Source of the DNA: a bacterium
GTDB lineage: Bacteria; Electryoneota; Electryoneia; Electryoneales; Electryoneaceae
Assembly (NCBI GenBank): GCA_963669175.1
Contig: OY769902.1
Coordinates: 1,408,001-1,472,000 of the forward strand
Direction of reading: 5' to 3'
Length of the DNA stretch: 64,000 bases
Both the position numbers and the translations under genes were made by a program. Below the pieces are notes generated by a model. The model saw only the letters and a list, made by a program, of their open reading frames with translations, made no database searches and was not told where the DNA came from. Of this stretch, positions 9,861 through 19,249 are shown piece after piece (the first letter of the stretch is position 1; each line of letters opens with the position of its first letter).

Positions 9861-11237
9861 TTGGCCAGCAGACGTTTGACATCTCTTTATCGTGTACCAG
9901 CAGCGCTTTTCCTGGCGCTGCTGTTTGTTGGTGGTCCTTTGAATGCAGATGAAGATGAGGAATACGGTGAAATCGGACGTGAAGCCGCGCGAATGCTCGC
10001 TGACATCATACGTCTGGATACCACCAATCCGCCCGGAAATGAAAATATCGTAGCGGATTACCTGGCTGATGTATTCGAGCGAGAAGGGATCCGCTATCAA
10101 CGGTTGGCCAGAGATACGGGACGGGATAATGTGATCGCGCGTTATCATGGTTCCGGCCACGCTGATCCCATCCTGCTCTATTCTCATTCGGATGTCGTTC
10201 CGGCCACGTCGGAATGGGGTATCTGGAGTGTGCCGCCTTTCTCCGGGGTCGTGCAGGACGGTTCCCTCTATGGGCGAGGCGCTATTGATGCCAAGGGGCT
10301 TCTGGTTTGTCACCTTGCCGCCATGCTCCTGCTGAAACGGAATAATATCGCGTTGGACCGTGATGTCATTTTCCTCGCAGCAGCGGCGGAGGAAACAGGC
10401 GGTGGTCCGGGAGTTGCCTGGCTGTTAAACGAGCACCGTGATGCGATTGAAGCCGGAGTGGCGCTCGGTGAAGGGGGGCGTGTCTGGGTGCGTTCGGATA
10501 CTGTCTGGAGTGTGATGATACAGGCCGCGGAAAAATCAGCTCACAATCTCAAAGTAACAGCCCTGGGGCAGGCCGGGCATGCTTCGGTCCCATCATCCGA
10601 GAACGCGATTGTCATTCTCAACGACGCCTTGCAGGTGATCAACAATTACCAGTTTCCTCTCGTTTTTAACCCGGTGACCAGCGAGTTCTTTGAACGTATT
10701 ACTCCCTATGATACGCGCGTGGAGGATGGGTTTTCGCGCTACGATGCCCTGACGCACAATACCGCAACCGTAACCCTTATCGAGGGTGGAGTAAAGACCA
10801 ATATTATTCCCGCTTTTGCCCAGGCTAACCTGAATTCACGCATTCTTCCGGGCGAGGATCTGGATTCCGTTGTCGCTGTTCTTGAAGCTGCGGTTAATGA
10901 TCCACGGGTTACGATTCGTCATAAGCCCGGTGTTGTTAATGGCGCCACGATTAACTCGTTTGATACCCCATTGTATTACTGTATTGAACAGACGGCGTTG
11001 GGACGATGGCCAAGCGCAGTCATCACGCCATACCAGTCGCCAGCGACCTCCGATGCCTCCAAACTGCGCAGGGCCGGTATCCTGACATACGGCCTGCTAC
11101 CTTTTCCGCTGACAGAAGAAGAAAGCAGTACTGTCCATGGCCCGGATGAACGGGTGAACCTGGAAAACCTGACCGAAGGCGTTATCTTCATGTACGAAAT
11201 TCTTCTGAACTGGGCGGCATCGGACGTATCCCGTTAA
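9861..11237 (+). CDS. M20/M25/M40 family metallopeptidase, exported
   Basis: HSDVVP, GRGAIDAKG, AAEE, HGPDE metal-binding motifs; signal peptide; TTG start after GGAGG. Confidence 0.9.
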   Translation: MASRRLTSLYRVPAALFLALLFVGGPLNADEDEEYGEIGREAARMLADIIRLDTTNPPGNENIVADYLADVFEREGIRYQRLARDTGRDNVIARYHGSGHADPILLYSHSDVVPATSEWGIWSVPPFSGVVQDGSLYGRGAIDAKGLLVCHLAAMLLLKRNNIALDRDVIFLAAAAEETGGGPGVAWLLNEHRDAIEAGVALGEGGRVWVRSDTVWSVMIQAAEKSAHNLKVTALGQAGHASVPSSENAIVILNDALQVINNYQFPLVFNPVTSEFFERITPYDTRVEDGFSRYDALTHNTATVTLIEGGVKTNIIPAFAQANLNSRILPGEDLDSVVAVLEAAVNDPRVTIRHKPGVVNGATINSFDTPLYYCIEQTALGRWPSAVITPYQSPATSDASKLRRAGILTYGLLPFPLTEEESSTVHGPDERVNLENLTEGVIFMYEILLNWAASDVSR

Positions 11238-11758
11238 GATTCAAGACAATAAACGAGATTCCTCACAAGAATTTATGCATCCGGGAGATGTTGTGGCAGG
11301 TCTTGACGCGACATTCCGTTTTCGGCTTTCGTTTTGTTTTCCAGAATGCATGATAATACTGAAACCGCATTTCGCCCTGTTTTTGTCGCGTTGTGACCTG
11401 CCACTGGTATAAGTATTCTCGCCGTCGTCAGGTTACAACGTGATGCTTTATGATGATTTTTCATGCGAAATAGTAGGCGTGAAGTCGGTCAGATGCCTGA
11501 AATTGCGGTAAAAACAAGAAAAAGGCATCACGTCAAGACATGACGAAACGTGCTATTTCCCAATATGATTCAAAACAATAGATAAAGGGTCCGCTTGCTT
11601 TCGCAACATCGTAATTTCACGTACATTCCAGATCAGGCTGCACATTTCCGGGGAGAGCTGTGAGGGGAATGCAGCTTCAGGTTTGATCGATGTTTGTGTA
11701 ACGCCTGTCGAAAACCACAAAGCAGGATGGATACCTGGCAATCCAGGGTACGGTTTCT

Positions 11759-14302
11759 ATGGTGCGGAAATTTAACGATAGCGCACATGTGTCCTCACGC
11801 AAGCTTGTTGTGATGCTTGCGGTTCTCGCTATGTGCATTTTCGTGCTGGTTCCGCAGGCCATATGTGAAGATGTAACCGACATTCTGTCTCGCCAGGTTT
11901 TTACTCCCCAGGTTCGTGTGATTACAGGCAATGATACGATCATAAATCCAGCCGATATGGCTCATTTTTCTTCGATTCATGTGCCTGCCGGTTTTCTGCC
12001 TGAACTTGGCGCGAAGCGAGCTTCTGTCGGGGTGGCGTTATCCGGTGGTGGGGCGCGTGGACTGGCTGAAATCGGTGTGCTGCAGGAATTAGTAAGCATG
12101 GGTGTTCCTATTGATGTTATCACGGGCACATCCATGGGCGGCGTTATTGCCGGTATGTACAGTGCAGGTTACTCCCCTGAAGAGCTTGAGCGTCTATTCA
12201 GGAGCATGGACTGGAACTCGCTGTTCCGTGATTCACCACGCAGGCGCAACCTTTTTCTTGCGCAGAAAGAAGTCGCCAACCAGGAATTGGTAACAGTTCG
12301 GTTCCAGGGATTCAAACCCTACATCCCCAATGCTTTGTTGACCGGGGAAACCCTGTATCTCAAGTTGCTGCAACTGACACTCTCCTCGCCGTATGGTGCA
12401 GCCGTCCAGACCTTTGACCAGATGAAGGTGCCGGTTGGGTTGGTTGCGACCGATCTTAATTCCGGCGATCGCGTGTTCTTCCGCGACGGCGACCTTGCAA
12501 TAGCCATGCGTGCATCGCTGGCCATCCCGGTGATTTTTCAGCCCATCGAACTGAATGGCCGTCTTCTGGTTGATGGCGGGTCCATGGAGAACATCCCCGT
12601 GCGTGCGGCGCTGGAATGCGGGGTGGATCATGTTATCGCAGTGGATTGCGCCAGCCCGGAAGTTCCCGAGCTGGACCCGGACGATCCCTGGGCCGTTGCC
12701 AACCAGGTGACCACGCTTATGTCGGTGGCAAATGATTCCGTCTCCCGTTCCATGGCGGAAGTTGTCATTACACCGGATCTTGAAGGATTTTCCCAGGCCG
12801 ATTTTGACCGTGTAAAGGAGCTGATTGCATCCGGAAAACGTGCTGTTCAAGTGCAAAGTGATGAACTACGGCGCCTGGTCCCTGACGGTACGCAACCCGA
12901 GCTGGAAATCTATATCTCTTCCATCCTGATAGGCGCCCTATCCAGGGAACAGCGAGAAGGCTTGATCACATTGTCCGGCCTGGAAACCGGTTGGCAAAGC
13001 ACAAGATCGCTGAATGAAGCGCTTGAACGCATCTTGCGTCATATCCGCTCCATGGGCTATGCTGCGGCACATATTCACGCAACCATATCACAGGACGGCG
13101 CCCTACAGATTGCAGTTGACCCGGGTGAAGTGGTCGATATTATCATCGAGGGTGTGCCACAGAAGCGTCAGGGTGTTGTCATGAGGAATGTGGGAGTCCG
13201 GATCGGGCAACCGCTTCGTCAGCAGGAACTGGTCAATACCCTTACACGGTTGCACGCTACAGGCCGTTATACTGTAGTGTACGCTTATATCGAACCGCAT
13301 CCTGATGGAGGTGTTATCCTGCGGCTTCTGCTGGATAATGCTCCTTTCCCGAAGCTGGGCTTGAGCCTTGGGTTCGATACGGATCGTCAGGCTCGTTACT
13401 ACGCCAACTATGTCGATGTGCCGGGTATTCTGAAACAGGGTGAAGAGCTTACCCTGAAAGCGATCTACGGCACTCGTGATGAAAGCTATACCCTGAGCTT
13501 CCGAGTGGATCGTGTTGCACGCACTTACCTGGGGTGGGAGTTGTCTGCGGGATACCTGTTTCGTGAACAGGATTTCTTCGCCCTGAACGGGGATGTGCTG
13601 CGTACCGCAGATATTAAGACAAGCATGTCCGAATTCAGCGCTCTGTTCAATTTGAAGACCTGGGGAAAAGTGTCGGGCGGGATCAGGCTGGAACATATCG
13701 AACATGATATTCCCGGTGTGGAAGAATCTGAAAACCTTGCCTGTTTCCAGATTGAAGGTGTCTTGGATACGGAAGATCGACAGCCCTTCCCACGGTCAGG
13801 CATCGCGGTTAAAATCCAATATGACAGCTATCTCGGTTATCTGAATAGTGAACGTGCCTTCAATCGTCTTCAGTTCAAGGCGGAGGCCGTAGTTCCGATC
13901 CTGCCGCGCTATATTGGGCGGGTGGCTTGGCATACGGGCGTCGCGGACCTAACCACCCCGGCGACTCATGAATTCAGGATCGGCGGGCTTCAGGATTTCC
14001 CCGCTTTTCGTACGGACCGATTCATGGGGTTGCGTTTTATCCACGGTACCGGCGAGTTACGATTCGACCTCATCAGCCGGATTATTGCAGACGCCTATAT
14101 TCTTGCCCGTTATGACGTCATGGCCTTCAGCGATGATGAGAGCTGGCGTCCCAAAAAAGAAGAGCTGGTACATTCTTATTCTGCCGGATTTGCCCTGGAT
14201 ACCATCCTTGGGCCGATGGAAATCTGGTACGGTTTTTCCCCGCCTTCACGTTCCGCCGAATCACATCAACGTGTTGCTGTGAACCTTGGGTATCGGTTTT
14301 AA
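11759..14302 (+). CDS. Patatin-like phospholipase fused to POTRA and Omp85 barrel (PlpD/type Vd-like)
   Basis: GGGARG, GTSMG and DGG patatin motifs; POTRA-like middle region; amphipathic strands ending NLGYRF. Confidence 0.88.
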   Translation: MVRKFNDSAHVSSRKLVVMLAVLAMCIFVLVPQAICEDVTDILSRQVFTPQVRVITGNDTIINPADMAHFSSIHVPAGFLPELGAKRASVGVALSGGGARGLAEIGVLQELVSMGVPIDVITGTSMGGVIAGMYSAGYSPEELERLFRSMDWNSLFRDSPRRRNLFLAQKEVANQELVTVRFQGFKPYIPNALLTGETLYLKLLQLTLSSPYGAAVQTFDQMKVPVGLVATDLNSGDRVFFRDGDLAIAMRASLAIPVIFQPIELNGRLLVDGGSMENIPVRAALECGVDHVIAVDCASPEVPELDPDDPWAVANQVTTLMSVANDSVSRSMAEVVITPDLEGFSQADFDRVKELIASGKRAVQVQSDELRRLVPDGTQPELEIYISSILIGALSREQREGLITLSGLETGWQSTRSLNEALERILRHIRSMGYAAAHIHATISQDGALQIAVDPGEVVDIIIEGVPQKRQGVVMRNVGVRIGQPLRQQELVNTLTRLHATGRYTVVYAYIEPHPDGGVILRLLLDNAPFPKLGLSLGFDTDRQARYYANYVDVPGILKQGEELTLKAIYGTRDESYTLSFRVDRVARTYLGWELSAGYLFREQDFFALNGDVLRTADIKTSMSEFSALFNLKTWGKVSGGIRLEHIEHDIPGVEESENLACFQIEGVLDTEDRQPFPRSGIAVKIQYDSYLGYLNSERAFNRLQFKAEAVVPILPRYIGRVAWHTGVADLTTPATHEFRIGGLQDFPAFRTDRFMGLRFIHGTGELRFDLISRIIADAYILARYDVMAFSDDESWRPKKEELVHSYSAGFALDTILGPMEIWYGFSPPSRSAESHQRVAVNLGYRF

Positions 14303-14411
14303 ACTTGTAGTCCCTAATATTTCTCTTTGTTATGATTCAGATTACAAGAAACGATTTGAAAAGTCCGCAAGAACAGAAATTCGTTGCATCTTTACAACTG
14401 AGTGAAAACTA

Positions 14412-14750
14412 GGTGCTTCGCTGTTTCGTGTGGGTAAAGAGGCTCATATAGTGATGCGACGCGACAATAGAATATAGAGTCGTTTCACAGGAATCAGTCA
14501 ATGAGGTCTGATTTCATTGTATGTCCACCGAAGGTGGGCAACTTGAATAGCGCCGTGCGTAAGCGCCGGGAACACAACAACATCGCCACAGGAGATCATC
14601 CCTGACGGGGACACACCACGCTATTCAAGTGTCATCGCTTCGAGGTGGCTTGCATCAATGGTATGCCTCTGCACAATAAGTTGTGGCCGTGATTATGCAT
14701 ATCAAAACTATTCCCTCATGTTGCGTACCCACACGAAATAGTGAGGTGCC
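14412..14750. mobile_element. MITE-like element family A, copy 1 (25-bp TIRs, internal REP-like doublet)
   Basis: GGTGCTTCGCTGTTTCGTGTGGGTA (14412-14436) versus TACCCACACGAAATAGTGAGGTGCC (14726-14750), 20/25 match; internal inverted repeat ACTTGAATAGCG/CGCTATTCAAGT. Confidence 0.65.
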
Positions 14751-14807
14751 CATTAGGTATTATTCAGAGGACGCTAGGGGTCCATTGCACCTGCTATGAG
14801 TTGTTCT

Positions 14808-14905
14808 GCTTGTTTTTGATGAGTCGAGTTCAAGACAGTTTCACGAAATCATAGTAGTTATAATCTGAGTGAAACTAACGCAGAAATCGGCCATCAAAAA
14901 CAAGC
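14808..14905. repeat. Long intergenic hairpin
   Basis: Perfect 14-bp inverted repeat GCTTGTTTTTGATG / CATCAAAAACAAGC, extendable inward. Confidence 0.6.
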
Positions 14906-15074
14906 CCGAAGGGAGCGCGCGCTTTACCCCATGACTGCGTTGCTTTCCCTTGAAATAACCCGCTATGACTTCAGGAATGCGCCTTGTCTTGAACGATGAT
15001 GCGCAGCTCAGCATCCATCGATTCATGAGATCCGGTCCACTAGGGGGGAAACCTGTCAGGTCTGCCCCTTTTTT

Positions 15075-15348
15075 AGTTCTTCGCTGTTTCGAATGTGTAG
15101 ACTACTGGTTGACTAATATGTGATTAAAAGGAAAGGCTGCCAAATCACCTCGAAGAAGTGAAACTTGATTAGCGCGGATGTGCAAACCCCGGTAATACAA
15201 GGACCACTGCACCAATCGTCCCCGAAGGGTACGCACATTGGAGGAAAGCCTGATTTGTACATCCAGGCTCTTGAAATAACAATTGATGATAGATATTATA
15301 GGAATGTGCGTCGCATCCCCGGCCACTATATATGAAGCAGCGAGTATT
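15075..15348. mobile_element. MITE-like element family A, copy 2 (right end degenerate)
   Basis: Left end AGTTCTTCGCTGTTTCGAATG; 15118-15238 closely matches 43043-43162; right-end remnant GAAGCAGCGA near 15334. Confidence 0.6.
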
Positions 15349-15460
15349 CAAGATGCCTGGATCATGCGTACAGGATGAACTTTGGTGTGCGCGCTCGCCT
15401 GAAGTGTGCGACAAGCAGGTTGCACAGAATCGGCGCGAGGAGAAGCGGTATGTTGTCTCC

Positions 15461-18400
15461 ATGCAAGCGGGAATCTATCGCCCGCTCCTTCCGGTTGTCC
15501 TTCTTTTGTTCTGCCTGGTTTTCCCCCTTTGGGCCGAGACATATGTTTCCGGTGAAGTCAGCGGCGTCTGGGATACGGACGGCAGCCCGTATATCGTGGA
15601 AGACGTTATTCGGATTATGGAATACGACACCCTCCGGATTGAACCTGGTGTGACTGTCGAATTTGCCGATCAGGATCAGGACAATCGCACACCTGTGTAT
15701 GTCTACGGCGCCTTGTTGGCGCTTGGTGAAGAGGGCGACTCAATTCTCTTCTCCTCGCCGGATGCCGGATTTGGCGGGTTTATCCTCAATCCGGAAGACG
15801 ACCAGTTTACCTCCCCACGACTTTGTTTATCCTATTGCGTTGTAGATTCCGCTTATACTGGTATCCAAAGCTATAATGGAAGAATCAACCTGTCGAATAG
15901 TTGTTTCTTCATTTCCGGGATATATGCCTATGATAATGAGGATGGGCAAGATTCGCTGCAATGGACAGGTTTTTGGGATCCTGACGGACAGCATGGGAAC
16001 TCCATTTCTATTCGCTCATCGAGTTCGATCAGGATTAATGGTAACTACAATTCATTAACCAGTATGAATCTTCAATATTCAAATGTTGTCTATATATCAC
16101 AAAGCAATATTAATGATATATCGTTTTTATATTGTAGCGCGACTGTTGAAACATCAGAAATAAACATGATATCTCCACTTTCCACAAATTTAAGGCTATT
16201 CGACAGTTCTGTTTTGAATACCATTAGCTTCATGTTTGGAGGAACACATGAATTCCTCAGAAATAAGTTGCGGGGTTTGTATTTCTACAATGTGAGTTCT
16301 GCTTCAATTCAAGATAACAGGTTTATCTATGGCGGCGCTTTTATAAGAACTTCTGGGGGGACTTTTGCCATTAATGGAAACATATTGAATAACGCTATTT
16401 TGAATAATCATACGGAAGCGGAAGTAAGAAACAACACATTCCATTACAATGACAATGGCATTGTTGGTTCACACTGGGAGGACATTTCAATCAGTCAGAA
16501 TATCTTTTTTGATGCTGACGATCCCAGCCCTGCCATTCGCCTTGTGGAAGGAGCCACTCCGGAAGCAATAGAATACAACTGTTTTTATGGCATGTCTGTA
16601 GCGACCGACGGCTGCGAATTGGGCGAGGGCAACATCACAGAAGATCCGCGCATGCGCGCCGGTGATCCGTATGACTATCGCCTACAAGCCAACAGCCCCT
16701 GCATCGACGCCGGTGATCCCGATAGCGACAACGACTCTGACGGCACCCCGGCCGACATCGGTGCGTGCTTCTACGATCAATCTATCAACAATCCTCCCTG
16801 CTTAACCGTGCCCAAACTGGGCTATTTTCAGAACGGCGCTCGTTTTCAGTGCAGTGTCAGCGCAACGGATGATGACGGCCCAATCCTCATAACACCGGGT
16901 TTGTTGCCGCAATGGCTTGCTATGGAAAGCAGTGAACTTGATTGGATGGGTGATACGCTTTCGTTCGAGGGAACCATCCCCTACTATCAGGACGATTTCA
17001 GTTTTGAAGTTTACGCGATTGATGGCGGCGGATTATGTGATACGGCTGTTGTCACAGTTCCGGTTGATCCCCGTTCACTTCTATGGGGTGAGATTTCAGG
17101 CACCCTTGAAGCCGCGTATTCACCTTACCTGGTGACAGATGATATTTTTGTTCCTGATGGTGAAACGCTGACCATTGAACCCGGTGTGATGCTCGAGTTC
17201 TTATCTGAAGAGGTTCCGGATCGATTTCTAAAACTGACGGTAGACGGTAGCATTTTTGCCTTTGGCACTTCTGCTGACAGTATCATCTTCACCAGTGATC
17301 GACATGACACACACTACCGCCAATGGGATGGAGTTTATCTTACTTCGCTGGATGAGACAGCCTATTTGCGCTATGTTCGGCTTGACATGGCGGATCATGG
17401 TATTGTGCTTACGGATCATTCTACCTTGCGTGCTTCTTATTCGTTTTTTACAGATAATCTGCAGTATTCAATATATGCAGGTGATATTTCAATGATTTAT
17501 CTTGACTCCTGTACCTTTATTAACAATAATATTGCCAATCACTTCATTTACCTAAGCAGTTCCTCTCTACTTGCAAATAGTTGTACTTTTACTGGTTCTT
17601 TTGAGCCTAATAATGATGTTCGTCACATTTATACTGCTGAATCGTGCTCTGTATTTGTTTCTGATTGCATTTTCAGAGGTCATGAGAGCAATATTATTGA
17701 TCTTTGGAGCTATATGGAATTTACTCATTGTATTTTCGAGGATATGACCTTTGGTATTTTAACAAGTAATTATTCTACTGGAACTATCGCCAATAATATT
17801 TTTATCAACTGTGGTTTTGATAGCAGCTATGGAGCAGGCATAGAATGTTTTCGACAAAATGTAAATATTATAAATAATGTATTTTATAACAACCTCGCAG
17901 GTGTAAGCATTTATACTTACCATGATCAAGGTATATTCCCTATCATACGTAATAATCTCTTTATATCAAATAATATTGGCATTATGGGCAGGTATTATTT
18001 TGTTGATGTTCCTTCAATAAATTATAATTCGTTTCATAATAATGATCTTGTTCTTTTTAATGCTTCTATTAACGATACTAATCTTTTTGTTGAACCACTT
18101 GTTTCCGATACTGTAGACTTTTTGCTCTTGGAAAACTCTCCCTTGATTGATGCTGGTCATCCTGCCGCCATGTACAATGATCCTGATGGTACACGAAATG
18201 ATATCGGTCTTTATGGCGGTCCTTATGCTGCCAATGCTGATCCGCCGGTCAACGAAACAATAGAAAACGAGACGGTATTCCCTACAGCGTTCAGTTTGGG
18301 AACATCGTATCCGAATCCGTTCAATCCAACTGTCACAATTCCTTATTCCCTTCCTCAACCTGAACATGTGACCATAGTCGTTTATAACGTGTTAGGGCAA

Positions 18401-18562
18401 AGAGTGGCTGGTTTGCTTGACGCCAGTAGCGAAGCCGGACATCATACCCTGATATGGCATGGCGTGTCCGATGCGGGCTTGCCCCTCGCTTCCGGGGTGT
18501 ATTTTGTTACGATGAAAGCAGGTGATTTTTTCGATTCCAAGCGGATTGTACTGATGAGGTAG
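15461..18562 (+). CDS. Secreted protein with two beta-helix modules, a central Ig-like domain and a T9SS/FlgD-Ig-like CTD
   Basis: Signal peptide from Met 15461; VSGVW..GSPY; two SP(C/L)IDAG.P...DGT..DIG motifs; Asn-rich repeats; SYPNPFNPT CTD. Confidence 0.88.
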   Translation: MQAGIYRPLLPVVLLLFCLVFPLWAETYVSGEVSGVWDTDGSPYIVEDVIRIMEYDTLRIEPGVTVEFADQDQDNRTPVYVYGALLALGEEGDSILFSSPDAGFGGFILNPEDDQFTSPRLCLSYCVVDSAYTGIQSYNGRINLSNSCFFISGIYAYDNEDGQDSLQWTGFWDPDGQHGNSISIRSSSSIRINGNYNSLTSMNLQYSNVVYISQSNINDISFLYCSATVETSEINMISPLSTNLRLFDSSVLNTISFMFGGTHEFLRNKLRGLYFYNVSSASIQDNRFIYGGAFIRTSGGTFAINGNILNNAILNNHTEAEVRNNTFHYNDNGIVGSHWEDISISQNIFFDADDPSPAIRLVEGATPEAIEYNCFYGMSVATDGCELGEGNITEDPRMRAGDPYDYRLQANSPCIDAGDPDSDNDSDGTPADIGACFYDQSINNPPCLTVPKLGYFQNGARFQCSVSATDDDGPILITPGLLPQWLAMESSELDWMGDTLSFEGTIPYYQDDFSFEVYAIDGGGLCDTAVVTVPVDPRSLLWGEISGTLEAAYSPYLVTDDIFVPDGETLTIEPGVMLEFLSEEVPDRFLKLTVDGSIFAFGTSADSIIFTSDRHDTHYRQWDGVYLTSLDETAYLRYVRLDMADHGIVLTDHSTLRASYSFFTDNLQYSIYAGDISMIYLDSCTFINNNIANHFIYLSSSSLLANSCTFTGSFEPNNDVRHIYTAESCSVFVSDCIFRGHESNIIDLWSYMEFTHCIFEDMTFGILTSNYSTGTIANNIFINCGFDSSYGAGIECFRQNVNIINNVFYNNLAGVSIYTYHDQGIFPIIRNNLFISNNIGIMGRYYFVDVPSINYNSFHNNDLVLFNASINDTNLFVEPLVSDTVDFLLLENSPLIDAGHPAAMYNDPDGTRNDIGLYGGPYAANADPPVNETIENETVFPTAFSLGTSYPNPFNPTVTIPYSLPQPEHVTIVVYNVLGQRVAGLLDASSEAGHHTLIWHGVSDAGLPLASGVYFVTMKAGDFFDSKRIVLMR

Positions 18563-18665
18563 AGAGATTGCCAACCTTATGGCGTTTTGCTGTTTTGTGT
18601 GGGGCATCAATACTGTGATCACAGGACGAAACTTTCTGTCACGTCACCCCGGGAACGCTGCCGTT

Positions 18666-19142
18666 TAGCCCGAATATTTCATCAATGCAATTTCAAATAT
18701 GGTATTTGATGGAAAGGCCAGTACAAGAACCACGGCAGTGGTTCACTGAATTAGCCCACCGTCCAGCGCCGTCTGTTTGGCGCTCACGGTGGGAATAGGA
18801 TGTACGCTACTTGCCAACCCCGGCAGCGGGTTGCCTCGATATTGTCACTATATACTTTTGATAATTATTAGGTTACTTCTTCCGGAGTAAATATGTGGTG
18901 CGCATTATCTTCCAGGGCGGCCGCCAAACTGACGGCGGCAACACTGGGCTAATACAGGTTGCCCCTGCCGGGGCGGTTGCCGATACTCAGCCTCATTTTG
19001 CCAGCGAAACAGGGAATAGACACGCAAAGGGAAACTGGAGCAAACTGTACCCTGAAAAATGCTGTATGAATCAGTTGTATTGTGTTGATATGAACTGTGT
19101 TAAGATGATTATCCATGTTTCGTTCGTGAAATATTCGGGCTA
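18666..19142. mobile_element. MITE-like element family B with perfect 16-bp TIRs ending in TA
   Basis: TAGCCCGAATATTTCA (18666-18681) and TGAAATATTCGGGCTA (19127-19142); internal GC hairpins; no credible ORF. Confidence 0.7.
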
Positions 19143-19183
19143 GGCTCTCCTACCACGAGCCTTTCCCTGAAAATTGCCGACAA

Positions 19184-19221
19184 GAAGACACCCCTCCGTC
19201 ATAACGCCGAAGGGGTGTTTT
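19184..19221. terminator. Probable intrinsic terminator between convergent genes
   Basis: ACACCCCT...AGGGGTGT stem followed by a T run. Confidence 0.6.
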
Positions 19222-19249
19222 ATGATCAATCAGGATTCAAGCAATGTCT

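Noticed and set aside
15332-15460. N-terminal extension of the beta-helix ORF
   Set aside because: The signal peptide begins at Met 15461, and the extension starts inside a repeat remnant.
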